Source: Malacoraja senta (taxonomy: Eukaryota). Taken from it: a DNA stretch of 64,000 nt. The notes below the pieces were generated by a model. That model saw nothing but the letters and a program-made list of their open reading frames with translations. It was not told the origin of the DNA and did no database searches. The stretch spans positions 4,900,001 to 4,964,000 of the forward strand of contig CM075990.1 in NCBI GenBank assembly GCA_038087875.1, read 5' to 3'. The translations under genes and the position numbers were made by a program. Shown in pieces: positions 12,968 through 25,856 of this stretch; the stretch's first letter is position 1, and the number at the start of each line of letters is the position of its first letter.

Positions 12968-13308
12968 AATAATAATAATAATGGATGGGATTTATATAGC
13001 GCCTTTCTAATAATCAAGGCGCTTTACATCGCATTATTCATTCACTCCTCAGTCACACTCGGTGGTGGTGAGCTACTTCTGTAGCCACAGCTGCCCTGGG
13101 GCAGACTGACGGAAGCGTGGCTGCTAATCTGCGCCTACGGCCCCTCCGACCACCACCAATCATTCACACACATTCACACACATTCACACGCAGGCAAAGG
13201 TGGGTGAAGTGTCTTGCCCAAGGACACAACGACAGTATGCACTCCAAGCGGGATTCGAACCGGCTACCTTCCGGTTGCCAGCCGAACACTTAGCCCATTG
13301 CGCCATCC
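12968..13308 (-). mobile_element. tRNA-derived CORE-type SINE with an L2-like tail
   Basis: On -: TGGCGCAATGG A-box, GGTTCGAATCC B-box, CORE-like GTGTCCTTGGGCAAGACACTT, and tail GGCGCTATATAAAT-(TAT)n. Inserted into a V-SINE tail. Confidence 0.82.
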
Positions 13309-13457
13309 ATCAACCGTTCACACTAGTTCTATGTTATCCCACTTTCACAGCCACTCCCTACACACTAGGAACAATTTACAGAAACCGTCGAACCTGCAAA
13401 CCTGCGCGTCTTTGAGAAAGCACCCAGTGTCGCAAAGAACAAAGTGAATCAATGAAT

Positions 13458-13905
13458 CAGTCAAGTCAAGTCAAGTCACTTTTATTTCTATAGCACATTT
13501 AAAAAACAACTCTCGTTGGCCAAAGTGCTTTACATTGGTGGAGGTACTAACGTTATACAACAGTGGTTCATAGATTAAATACAAACATCACTACATACAT
13601 ATAGCCCTCGCTCAGAGGACGTCAGGAAAGGCTTGAGAGTAGAGATGAGTTTTAAGTCTCGACTTAAAGGAGTCGTTGGAGGGGGCAGTTCTGATGGGAA
13701 GAGGGATGCTGTTCCACAGTCTAAGAGCTGCAACCGCAAAGGCGCGGTCGCCCCTGAGCTTATGCCTAGACCGCGGGATGTTCAGTAACCCCAAGTCGGC
13801 CAATCTGAGGGACCTAGGGGTGGTGTGGTGGGTAAGCAGACTTTTGATGTATGTGGGGGCAAGCCCGTTAAGGGCTTTGTTGACATAAAGGAGGATCTTG
13901 AAATT
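13458..13905 (-). mobile_element. L2-clade LINE 3' fragment
   Basis: Encodes GDRAFAVAALRLWNSIP...FKSRLKTHLY; (TTGAC)n tail. Confidence 0.88.
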
Positions 13906-14519
13906 TATCAGTGGTGTGAATCCAATGAATCAGTGGTAGAGGGAAGTGTGAAGTCTGATGAAGGGTCTCGAAGCGAAACATCTTTTGTGCCTTTGCTTGG
14001 AGGGAAGATAATTTAAGAGACCCAGGGGTGTACAATGTGTTGGGCATCTGATTATAAAAGAGTCACCATGCAGCACTGTGTTGACAACCCAAGCATGGAA
14101 ACTCTGGGTAAATAAAACTTGGTGCCGTCCTGAAGCAAATGCGCCCACATCATAATGGGGCTGGGTATCTTTAGGAAGTTGATGGAGATTGGAAGTGCCA
14201 CCATGTTTCTCCAACTTCCTACCGTAGCTTGGACCAGACCTCAAGCTGTATAACTTCCCATCTTAACCTCCCCACCTCTCCCTCATATTCCCAACACTGA
14301 GATATTAGAGAGGAAGGTGAGGAGAATAAGAGACTTAAATGATCTTCCCTACTCACGTTGTGAGTGCAGATCACCTGCCTGTCGAGACTTCGGTCTTTAC
14401 TCTCAGTATTAATTGTTTGGGATTTTATTCTGCATTAATGCTTGTCGTGGTGTTAAAAGATGCGAGTTGTTGTTAATAGTTAACGATGTAGACAGCTTGT
14501 ACATGGTTGTCTCCTCCAG

Positions 14520-14627
14520 GTCACTTCTGTTATCGAGGTCCGAGATCGATCGCAAATGGTGCAGGTGGAGAGGACGCTGAGGGAGCGCTACACCAATTTC
14601 ACCTGGGTGGAACGGGCTGAAGACTGA
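14520..14627 (+). CDS. Terminal coding exon of the threonine dehydratase-like gene
   Basis: Acceptor tctcctccag|G, phase 0. Encodes VTSVIEVRDRSQMVQVERTLRERYTNFTWVERAED*, with the V..ETRD-like end of the ACT domain. AATAAA at 15301 is a candidate polyA signal. Confidence 0.8.
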   Translation, partial: VTSVIEVRDRSQMVQVERTLRERYTNFTWVERAED

Positions 14628-17600
14628 GGCAGAGGTGAGAGAGTAAGGGTCAATGTAGGCAGAGAACAATGCCAGGTGCGTCTCCAGGTGTAGTTTCAAG
14701 CAGTCTGTATATGGTTTCCATTTGCCGGTATATGCCGGTCATTTCTGGCAAGTCGGTCAAAGGAAACGCCTTCATTGCCAACCATACCAAGGTCAACATC
14801 TTCTCAGTGTCAGCAGTGACACAATGGTAGCATTCCCACCTTGGAGTTAGAAACCCCTCTCCACAAATTGGAGCATGAAATTCAGGCAGGGACTCCGAGC
14901 AGCACCGGGGGAGTTCAACAATGGCAGAGGTTTCCTCATTTTGATGCCTACTCACCTCTGCAATTTCTTGGACAGAGCAGTTTCCATTCCACATTTACCA
15001 GCATTTGGTCCATATCCCTCCAAACCTGTCCTATCCATGTACCTGTCTAACTGCTTCTTAAATGTTGCGATAGTCCCTGTCTCAACTACCTCCTCTGGCA
15101 GCTTGTTCCAAACATCCACCACCCTTTGTGTAAAACAGGTTACCCCTCAGATTCCTATAAACATTTCCCCCCAACACCTTAAAAGGTGTCATCAATAATT
15201 TTGCTGCCATTACCATCATGAAGCCTGAGTATTAAAGTTCCAAGTAAAAGTTAATGAAAGTCCTTCACAATTTCAAGGAGGTCCAAGGAAAGGCACGGTC
15301 AATAAAATTATTCCAAGATATGGTCGCAACTGTTACTTGTACATCACAATGAGATAATGAACAGGTAATGTCTTTAATTGTTAGTGGAAGGATATGGGAA
15401 TGGAAAAAGGTTTTCTGCACAATAGTACCACGAGTGGGTAAACAAAATCTCAGCTCAATGATACTTCTGATATCATAGTACTCCCTTGGCTCTCTGAAGT
15501 GTCATCCTTGAGCTAGTCCCTAGAATGTGATTTGAATCCACCATCTCTGACTCGGGCAAGCATATTATTATGGTATAACCAACGCCGGAGACATTTGGAC
15601 AGTACATGGATAAAAACATAGAACAAATAATAGGAGAAGTTTGTGCTTTAGGGAGAGTTAGGGCAGGCTGGAGGATGAGCAGCGATCTAACAGAGGTATA
15701 TAAGCTCATGAGAGGAATAGATTGGGCAAATGCATTTTTTACCCAGAGTAGGTGTATCATGAACCAGGTTTAATGTGAGATGGGAACATTTTAATAGGAA
15801 CCTGAGGGCCCACTTTTTTTCACAGAGGGTGGTGGGTATATGGAATCAAGGGATATGGGGAGAATGGCGTACTGATTTTGATGATCAGCCATGATCATAT
15901 TGAATGGTGGTGCTGGCTCGAAGGGCCAAAATAGCCTACTCATGCACCTATTTTCTATGTTTCTATGTGATTGCTAAGATGATAATGGGAGGTTGTGATA
16001 AATTGCTATCAGCATGGATTCAGACTTTTACTTTCTATATGGAGGTTGAGCATTTCCAACATTTTCTATTTTTGTTTTATGTCTCAAGTTCTTCACCACC
16101 AAAACACCAGCCAGGTGGGATCACAGGAGAGTTTTATATACAGGCTGTCTGCTGCAACAGTTATAGCATCCTCAATGCACCATTATTAACAACGAGCAGA
16201 ACTAGTTGACATCGCCAGCATTTCCAATTTAATGGAAAGATAAAACTAGAAACAGACTTTTCAGCCCAAGGAACTTTAGTATATAAACCCTTGGCTAGAT
16301 CAGAAGCAAGAGGCAAACTGGCTCACCCCTTCGGGAATTTGGGCTGTCACGAAATCCTTGTTTACATTTCATACTTCATGCTGGCTTGAAAAGGGTTTAT
16401 TGTCCCTCCGATCACTGGGACTAAATCCTGGAACTCCTGACTCAATAGCACTGTGGGCAGCTTTGTGCTGTAAGGAGTGCCGTAACATTGAGACCAACCA
16501 CTCAAAGGGCCGCAGCGGATCACCCTCATCTGCCACTATTTTCTCCAGAGCAATTACCAATCGCAATAAGTGCTGATCCTGCCACTGATACCTACATCCC
16601 ATCAATAAATCAAAGTAATACATTGTGTACAAGACTACACAAGTTAATACATCAAAGATAGACACAAAAAGGTTGAGTAACTCAGCGGGACAGGCATCAT
16701 CTCTGGAGAGAAGGAATGCGTGGCGTTTCGGGTCGAGACTGAGTAATAAATTAATCTCATCATCAGGTTTATTTAAAGATGAGGATAAATACTGAGGAAT
16801 AAGGACGAGCTGAAAGGTCTCCCAGTAATTGAAGGGTTATTCACTGCCGAGACTCTGGGTGTTCAGACTGGTTAGTAAACCCAGCTGTGATGTGGCTTTT
16901 GTCTCTCTGTCAGAGACAACTGTAGCACTGGGTCAGAAACAGGGTCACTGCGGTTCTAGCTTGGATCCAGTCCTCATTAAGCCCACAGCCATATTCCCAC
17001 ACGAAATGGAAACCAGACAAATCCTCAGCACTGCAAGGGGATGATGTTGATTTCAGTTAAGTATGTTTATCTGCTATCTCCAATAGGATGAAGAAGCTAA
17101 AAAGAAAATGCAGGTTTCACTTCATGCTCTGAAACATATTTTAATGTTAGGAGAATACAGGACAATTTCACAGGTCTAATAACAGGAATCACTCTGTTTT
17201 TCTTCCTACAGATGCAGCTTGACCTGCTGTCTATTTGTATTCTATTGTTGTTACAGTACTGGATGAAGTCATATCAGTTTATCAAAATGCAACAATGAAT
17301 GCTCTAGTTTTAAATGTACAGTTGGTCCACATGGATCAGTATTGCAATTACTTAGCTTCTAAACAAATAGCTTAAAGGACACCTTTTTACCATGATACAA
17401 ATTCTTCTTCTTTCAATTTGTTAATGTCTGCTGTCTTATAAAAGTTTGGCATTGGTAGATCACTATCTAGAAAGTTCGAAGCAATTATTCATTTATTACT
17501 CATTTATTTGGCCATTTTGATGACGGTTTCCTGTTTTAAGGCCATCATGTACAAGGCATTATCAGTTCTAATGAAGAAGGGTTTCGACCTGAAACGTCAC

Positions 17601-19643
17601 TTATTCCTTTTCTCTAGTGATGCTGCCTGACCCGCTGAGTTACTCCAGCACTTTGTGTCTATCTTTGGTGTAAACCAGCATCTGCAGTTTCTTCCTTCTT
17701 CTTCTTCTTTCGTGTGGCGTGCACAGCCTAAAGTTGTTGGACAACTTATTCTATTTGATCTTCCGTTTGTGCACGTCGAGTTGATTGCATTAGTCGAAAC
17801 AGGGCGGACCACGTGAAGGTTGCAATCTTCCACCCCAGTTTCTTCCTAATACCTTTGGACAAGCACCTGACCTCAGAACCTTAAAGGATTAGACTCCGCA
17901 ATGCCCCATGAAATAAATGTACATCTCAGCACAACACGGAGTCACATAAACATGGGAGGCGCTGAGTTTGATGGTTACTCAGCAGAAGATAGTGGAGTTG
18001 TCCTCAGTGACTTTGGTAAGAGATGGGAAACTGAGCAAAGATTCTTTCTCACAATTGCCACTCAATGGCTCGTGCAGGGTTACAAGCAGTGTTTCCACTC
18101 TGAAGAAAATTACCCAAAATTCTAGCAATTTCTAGCAATAGGGCACCGTGTATGGAACAGCTCTTCCAACGACCAAGAAATTGCATATACACTGATTTGC
18201 CCGGGTTTCAAGGGTTGCATCAGATTTGAGAGATGCACAAGGCTTCAATCCCATAGATTGAACATCATTGTTATAGCGTAGAAACAAAAGAACTCTTGAT
18301 GCTGGTTTACAAAGAAGGATACAAAGTGCTGGAGTAACTGGGTGGCACAGTGTTGCTGGATTGGCTGCACAGTGGTGCAGCGTAAAGTTGCTGCCTTACA
18401 GCGCCAGAGATCCGTGTTCGATCCTGACCATGGGTGCTGTCTGTGTGGACTCTGTATGTTCTCCCTGTGACCACATTGGTTTTCTCTGGGTGCGCTGGTT
18501 TCCTCCCACATTCCAAAGATGTGCAGGTTTGTAGGTGAATTGCAAATTGTCTGTAAATTGTCCCTTGTGTGTATCATAGAACTAGTGTGTCGGTGATCGC
18601 TGGTCGGCACGGACTCGGTGGGCCAAAGGGCCTGTTTCCACCCTGTATCTCTAAAACTAACTAAAGGGTTAGGCAGCATCTCTGGAGAACATGGATAAGT
18701 AAAGAGGGGTCTGAAGAAGGATCCCAACCTGAAACGCCACCTATCCATGTTCTCCAAAGATGCTGCCTGACCTGCTGAGTTACTCTGGAACTTTGTGCCC
18801 ACCATTGTTATAATATCTCGCAGATGTTTTGTATGTGAAGTGAGATATTAATAATAAAATATTATAATCGTGTGCAAAGGCAATTATGACCAATAATGCT
18901 TTGTATGTCACCCCAGATGATATTGTTCTGTATAATAAATGATCACACTAGATCAAATTAGTCTCGTCTCACACCACAAGTCTGGTTTGTTGATCCAACA
19001 AGGTCCAGGATTACATCCAAAGACTGAAGGTTATTCTCCACCTGATTTCTCACACCTTCAGCCCATGGTGAATGGCTTTTCATTGTTTGTGTCTTATGAA
19101 CCAAACCCTCTGACCTCCCATAAACAAGGTGACATTTTGCTCTCAGAGAGGACGATAGATAGTCTGATGAACGATGATTTTCTACAGGGAGCCTTGGAAC
19201 ATAGATGAACAGCTATTACTAGCTCACAGCAAGATTTTTCAGTGATCTGGATAATTCCATGTTATGTTTACGGCTGGAGTTACAGCTATTCTGTGAAAAG
19301 AGGAAAGGTTGTGTGGTCATGGTGGCTTTGCATTTTTAATTACTAACAAAGGGATTATCTGATTAAACCACTATCCCTCATATGGAAAACATCAGCATTA
19401 AAAAGTCCTATCCTAAAACCCTGCCAATAATTGTCCAAGATCTGTCTGTGAACTGGCAGTGCCATGGAGCAGTTGAGAAGTTTGGTAGGTATTACCTTGG
19501 TTCAAATTATTGTCCTCTGTCAGATAGTTATGTTATGTTATTCAAGTTGAAGCTTAATGTAAGGAACCGCCAATGCAATGTGGGGTTAGAGTCCATAGTC
19601 ACACAGTAAGGAAACAGGTGCTTTGGCATATCACACCTACATT

Positions 19644-20222
19644 GACAATAGACAATAGGTGCAAGAGTAGGCCATTTGGCCCTTCGAGCCAGCACCGCCA
19701 TTTAATGTGATCATGGCTGATCATCTGAGGTAGAGAATCCCCAATCAGTACCCCGTTCCTGCCTTCTCTCAATATCCCCTGACTCCGCCATCTTTAAGAG
19801 CCCTATCTAGCTCTCTCTTGAAAGTATCCAGAGAACCGGCATCCGCAGGCAGAGGCAGAGGTCTCCTGAGGCAGAGAATCCACAGACTCACAACTCTCTG
19901 TGTGAAAAAGTGTTTCCTCATCTCCGTTCTAAATGGCTTACCCCTTATTCTTAAACTGTGGCCCCTGGTTCTGGACTCCCCCAACATCGGGAACATGTTT
20001 CCTGCCTCAAGCGTGTCCAAACCCTTAACAATCTTATATGTTTCAATAAGATCGCCTCTCATCCTTCTAAACTCCAGAGTATACAAGCCCAGCCACTCCA
20101 TTCTCTCAGCATATGACAGTCCTGCCATCCCGGGAATTAACCTTGTAAACCTACGCTGTACTCCCTCAATAGCAAGAATGTCCATCCTCAAATTAGGGGA
20201 CCAAAACTGCACACAATACTCC
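19644..20222 (-). mobile_element. CR1 3' fragment
   Basis: Encodes EYCVQFWSP...RRMRGDLIETYKI, followed by the CR1 3' UTR. Confidence 0.92.
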
Positions 20223-20265
20223 ATCAAGCACTCATCTACACTGATCCCATTCTCCCTCACACACA

Positions 20266-20627
20266 TAATAATAATAATAATAATAATGGATTGGATTTAT
20301 ATAGCGCCTTTCTAATACTCAAGGCGCTTTACATCGCATTATTCATTCACTCCTCAGTCACACTCGGTGGTGGTGAGCTACTTCTGTAGCCACAGCTGCC
20401 CTGGGGCAGACTGAAGGAAGCATGGCTGCTAATTTGCGCCTACACCCCTCCGACCACCACCAATCAATCAATCACTCACACACATTCACACACATTCACA
20501 CACAGGCAAAGGTGGGTGAAGTGTCTTGCCCAAGGACACAACGACAGTATGCACTCCAAGCGGGATTCGAACCGGCTACCTTCCGGTTGCCAGCCGAACA
20601 CTTAGCCCATTGCGCCATCTGTCGTCC
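20266..20627 (-). mobile_element. Second copy of the CORE-type SINE
   Basis: Nearly identical to 12968-13308. Confidence 0.82.
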
Positions 20628-20779
20628 CATCACCATCAATGTTGACTACACACCCCAATTCTTCTGCCACTCACTTACACTTGGAGAAATTAACAATGGC
20701 AGATTAACCAACCAAGATATCCTTTGAATGTGGGGTTGAGGCAGAGGTGGAGTCGCAGGAAGAACATGCATGCTCCACA

Positions 20780-21375
20780 TGGGATGGTTTGGGAACAGCT
20801 CCATCCAAGACAGCAGGAAATTGCAGAGAGTTGTGGATATAGCCCAGACCATCAGGCAAATCAACCTTTTCATTGACTCCATCCACACTTCACTCTGATT
20901 CGGCGAGGCCACCAGCATAATCAAGGAGCAGTCTCAATCCAGTCACTCTCTCTTCTCCCATCAGGCAAGAGATACGGAATGAATGAATGACTACGTTTAT
21001 TGGCCAAGTATTCACATACAAGGAATTTGCCTTGGTGCTCCGCCCACAAGTGACAGCATGACATACAGTGACAGTTCAGAATGATACATAAAACATTAAT
21101 AATCATGTTGTAAACTCACCTCCAGACAGGGACAGTTTCTTCCCAGCTGTTATCAGGGAACGGAACCATCCTATTAACAATTGGAGAGTGGTCCTGACCT
21201 ACCATTTACCTCGTTATAGACCCTCGCACTATCTTTACTCAGACTATACCTTGCACTAAACATTATTCCCTTTGTCCTGCATCTGGACACCGTGGACAGC
21301 TTGATAGTAATCATGTATAGGAGTTCCACTGACTGAATAGCATGCAACAAAAAAGCTTGTCACCGTACCTCGGTA
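20780..21375 (+). mobile_element. Rex1/Babar-like LINE 3' remnant
   Basis: TGGTTTGGGAACAGCTCCATCCAAGAC...AAATTGCAGAGAGTTGTGG and the family 3' UTR. Related pieces at about 4760-4975, 24300-24670(-), 34430-34700, 46040-46185 and 47500-48050. Confidence 0.7.
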
Positions 21376-22797
21376 AAACAGGAGGTTTGGATTGTACATG
21401 GGTCCCGGGGGTTGTGAGACAGCAGTGTTGACTGGTGCACCCACAGTGGCCCCACAGATGGATAACGTAGATAATTAGAGCCCACATTTCATAGTTTATT
21501 TTGTGGGGCGTTGACACAGACCTGAGCATAAACTGTTAAGATGAAGCACATTGAACATTCAAGCACAAGAGCGAGTCATTTATAGGTGTATTGCAAAGTT
21601 TATTTTCATGTACTGGAAGCAAAAATAAAATCATTACACATAATATGCAATAGCCTGAAGTTCACAAAATTATGGCCTTTGAGAATAGGTGCCAGGACCT
21701 GAATTCTTTGCTCTAAGGCTGACCTGACTCAATAGTTTCAACCCAGTTGGGGCATTCGTTGAGCCAGCTCAGGGAAGTTGCAGCTCTATTCATAGCCTGA
21801 CCTGGTGGAAGAGCCAACTGATCAGATTGCAGGATATCCCCCAACTCTTGCTACTTCCCAAGGTGTTGCAGAAAGATCCCATGAAAGAGTGGACACATCC
21901 TGACTGACTAAGGTAGAATTACCGGAGCTTAAGTCCATTCAAAGACTTGTCCTTAATCAAACAAATTGAAGTAATTCAGTGTCATTGATCATCACAGACC
22001 CTGTCTGGCACACAAGTACATCTTCCTTTACCCACATGGCATAAATGTTGCATTCCCTCACATTTTGAAAGGTTCAGAGATGATCCGTTTGTGGTAATTA
22101 AAGTTATAAAGTAATTTGATAGGGCGAGGATTTGTTTCATCCAGTGTCACACCTAAACAAAAGATCCAGACTTTTCAACTGTAGGGACAAGGAGAATCGT
22201 TTTCCACGCACAGAGCAATGGAAATCTGGAATTCCTTTCCATGAGAGAGAAGAATGGAAATCAACTGGACTTTTCAAATCTGGGGCTGATGGATTTTTGT
22301 TGGCTAAGGATCTCCGGAGAAACACCAAAGGCAGATGGATGGAACTGAGGCACAGGCTTACTGTAGAACAGGGCTGAATGGCCTCCAGTGATTCCCAGTG
22401 TAAGAACAGCAGTCGATTAAGCATAAGATGTATTCAAGAGAGAGTTAGATTACAGCTCTTAGGGCTAACAAAATCCAGAGATATGGGGAGAAAGCAGGAA
22501 CGGGATACTGATTTTAGATGATCAGCCATGATTATATTGAATGGTTGGTGCTGGCTCGAAGGGCCGAATGGCCTACTCCTGCACTTACTTTCTACGTTTC
22601 TATTATTCAATTAAAACGGATGACTGATGTTATGACTTGAAAACGCAAGCTGGTATAAATAATGAACCAATATGTGCAGAACTCCACCAGAAATTATTGG
22701 GTCACACCATGCCCGTTAATTTAAAGTCTCCAATTTCCCTGAAAATGGAGTATCTTTCAGCCCAATGTTGCCGGAGACGACGAGTGTTGTTGGGTCT

Positions 22798-22915
22798 TCA
22801 CTTTTCCTTCTGCTCTGGTTTGTACGACAACAGGTGCTGCAGGGAGGTGAACCCAAACAGAAATGTTTGAAGCGCCCACTTGGTTCGAGTGCATGAGTTT
22901 GTGATTCCTTTATCA
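22798..22915 (-). CDS. TMEM254: TMEM254 terminal coding exon
   Basis: Acceptor ctctttctctttgcccctcacag. Encodes (S)DKGITNSCTRTKWALQTFLFGFTSLQHLLSYKPEQKEK*, with the KGIT and W..QTF.FG motifs. The assembled protein is 122 aa. Confidence 0.92.
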
Positions 22916-23163
22916 CTGTGAGGGGCAAAGAGAAAGAGGGGTTAACATTAACGAGGACAGTGAGATCATTGCACCCGTATCCAGACTCAGTCTTGCCAAA
23001 AAACATTGATTCAGATTTGTGGTCATTGCAATAGTTTTTACTTTGGTAATAACAGTTGGTTGGATCTTGGTTACATGAAGTTTCAGTGTCGATAGTTGCC
23101 AACTTATCCATGGGATCCTAAAAGATCTAGCAATTCCCTTTGGCCAGAAGGACTTTCAAAGTT

Positions 23164-23334
23164 TTTAAGAAGGAACTGCAGATGCTGGAAAATCGAAGGT
23201 AGACAAAAATGCTGGAGAAACTCAGCGGGTGAGGCAGCATCTATGGAGCGAAGGAAATAGGCAACGTTTCGGCCTGAAACGTTGCCTATTTCCTTCGCTC
23301 CATAGATGCTGCCTCACCCGCTGAGTTTCTCCAG
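23164..23334. mobile_element. Short Penelope-derived fold-back element with a 15-bp target duplication
   Basis: Perfect inverted arms centred on TTTCGGCCTGAAA; AGGACTTTCAAAGTT at 23149-23163 and 23333-23347. Confidence 0.8.
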
Positions 23335-23850
23335 GACTTTCAAAGTTATTTTGATTGGAAAAATCTGATATTTCAAACTATCATTTGCACCAGGTTTTGG
23401 TAAAATATTAGATGTTGATCTTGCCTTGCTCAGTCCGAACATGCGTCTTCGAAAGGAGACTCCTTAAGTCCACTGGAACAACCTTCCATTTGCTGAGCAT
23501 GCATTCTCCTTCAATGAGCCAGGCAACTAAACCCTGACTTGTATTATTGACCCCTCGTAAAAATTGGTAATTGTGACAGGATGTAGCATGCCGCAAATAT
23601 TACTAATAAACAAACATACTGCACAGAGGCCTTACCTTTTGCTTTAAGGTGCCTCTCTTTCTAAACTGCTGCACTGCAACACCGAGGATCTGCTAGGGTG
23701 GAAAAGCTTCCACTTGCCGATGAGGGACTTGCCCTGCTTGCTCTCTAACCTGTAGGTAGCACTCTTGTTTCTGAATATCAAGGCTGGGGATATCCCATCC
23801 CACTACAAAATGTAGGCACATATACCAGTGGAACACAAACTGTTGGAGGC

Positions 23851-24206
23851 TAGATTGTTAAGGGTTCGGACACGCTAGAGGCAGGAAACATGTTCCCGAT
23901 GTTGGGGGAGTCCAGAACCAGGGGCCACAATTTCAGAATAAGGAGTAAGCCATTTAGAACGGAGACGAGGAAACACTTTTTCTCACAGAGAGTGGTGAGT
24001 CTGTGGAATTCTCTGTGGAATTCTCGGTGGGTTCTCTGGATGCTTTCAAGAGAGAGCTAGATAGGGCTCTTAAAAATAGGGGATATGGGGAGAAGGCAGG
24101 AACGGAGTACTGATTGGGGATGATCAGCCATGATCACATTGAATGGCGGTGCTGGCTCGAAGGGCCGAATGGCCTACTCCTGCACCTATTGTCTATTGTC
24201 TATTGT
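23851..24206 (+). mobile_element. CR1 3' fragment
   Basis: CR1 3' UTR with an (ATTGTCT)n tail. Confidence 0.88.
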
Positions 24207-25671
24207 TAGCTCTTTCAGAAAAGATTTCTGCTCTCCATAGTGCATGTCAGGGCATTATTTTAAATACAAGCAGGGGAAGTCTGTTTCATGCCTTGTTTCA
24301 TTTATTTTCGTCACCTGTACCGAGGTATCGTGAAAGGCTTTTTGTTGTGTTAACCTGTCAGCAAAAAAAGACTATTCATGATTACAATCAAGCCGCCCAC
24401 AGTGCACAGATACAACGCTTAGAGCAAGTTAACGTCGAATAAAGTCCAGTTAAAGGTAGTACGAAAGTCTCCAATGAGGTAGATTGGAGGCCAGGACCTC
24501 CCACATCTGGCAAGAGGACGGTTCAGTTGCCTGATTACAGCTGGGAAGAGACGATCCCTGAATCTGGAGGAATGCGTTTTCAAACTTCTATACCTCTGGC
24601 CTGATGAGAGAGGGGAGAAGAGGGAGAGACTGGGGGGAGGAGTGCCCTTGATTTTGCTGGTGGCCTGACCGAGGCAGGTGTCACACCAAAGCAAAAGAGG
24701 GACAAGGAGAATCATTTTCCACACAAGAGCATTGGCCAACAGAATCTCTCAAACTGATTACCTGGGTGGCACATTGCTGTTTGAAGGAGGTTCCTGTGCA
24801 TATTTGGACTGCCATTTTCTCATCAGTCCTGTTACACTTTGAAAATATTTCATTTGGCACGAGAATTTTGAAATTGATGGTTTAATTCTAAAAGCCATTT
24901 ATTTCACTGTTAGCAATGAACAAATCCCACTTCAATACAGGTTACCCGATGGGATGGAGAGTTGGGAGGAAGCCCACATTTGAACTACGTGCTACGGGAA
25001 TACCCCTAGCACTGTTTATTATGGTTATAGGGGGAAGGTTACTTGTATTTGTGGCCAGGTTTGAAACATTGCTTTTGTTAAACACCACACAGAGTGGGCT
25101 GTTCCAAATGAGCAGAACTGAGACCATTACGGTGGTAATTATCTTCAAATATTTACTTTGACACAGTTTTAGGCTGGGAGAAATGCCAACAAATTGTGAT
25201 CCACAGATTTATTTTCCTCTCTGCAGACCAGTGTTGCACAACAAGAGCTCACTTGGGGAAACTAATTCATCCATGACGTTCAGGAAAAAAAATTCTTGGA
25301 AGAGGCTTCTTGTTGGAAATTCATCCAAGCAATATATTCCTCCCATAGGAACAGAGTGCTGGAGACTGCAGGGGCCTATTCTGGATCACTTGCTGGATAT
25401 CAGCTCAGGCAGGTCTATTTCAGTAATTAACTAGCTGAAGCCTGGGATCCTGCCTCAAGCTCTCCACCAGAGAACAGGGTGGATAAGATGTGCCAGCTGG
25501 GATCGTGCTCCCCTTCTCTCATCACATCTTGGAAGAGTCAAAATGGAGGCAGTCTTGATACCAGAATGGATGTTCTCCCAGAGGGTTCATTTCGAATAAG
25601 TCAGTTATGGAGCATGGCCACAGGCCCTTCAGCCAAACTCATCCTTGCCCACCAAGGTCCCTATCTTAGCT

Positions 25672-25856
25672 TTTAAGAAGGAACTGGAGATGCTGGAAAA
25701 TCGAAGGTAGACAAAAGTGCTGGAGAAACTCAGCGGGTGCAGCAGCATCTATGGAGCAAAGAAAATAGGCAATGTTTCGGGCTGAAACGTTGCCTATTTC
25801 CTTCGCTCCATAGATGCTGCTGCACCCGCTGAGTTTCTCCTGCACTTTTGTCTACC
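25672..25856. mobile_element. Short Penelope-derived fold-back element with a 14-bp target duplication
   Basis: Same family; TCCCTATCTTAGCT at 25658-25671 and 25857-25870. Confidence 0.8.

Noticed and set aside
22716..23111. 131-aa minus-strand ORF
   Set aside because: It overlaps the true TMEM254 terminal exon in a different frame and has no recognisable homology.
23636..23749. Possible poison exon in TMEM254 intron 3 (good gtaag donor, in-frame stop)
   Set aside because: The acceptor lacks a polypyrimidine tract, so it cannot be supported without transcript data.
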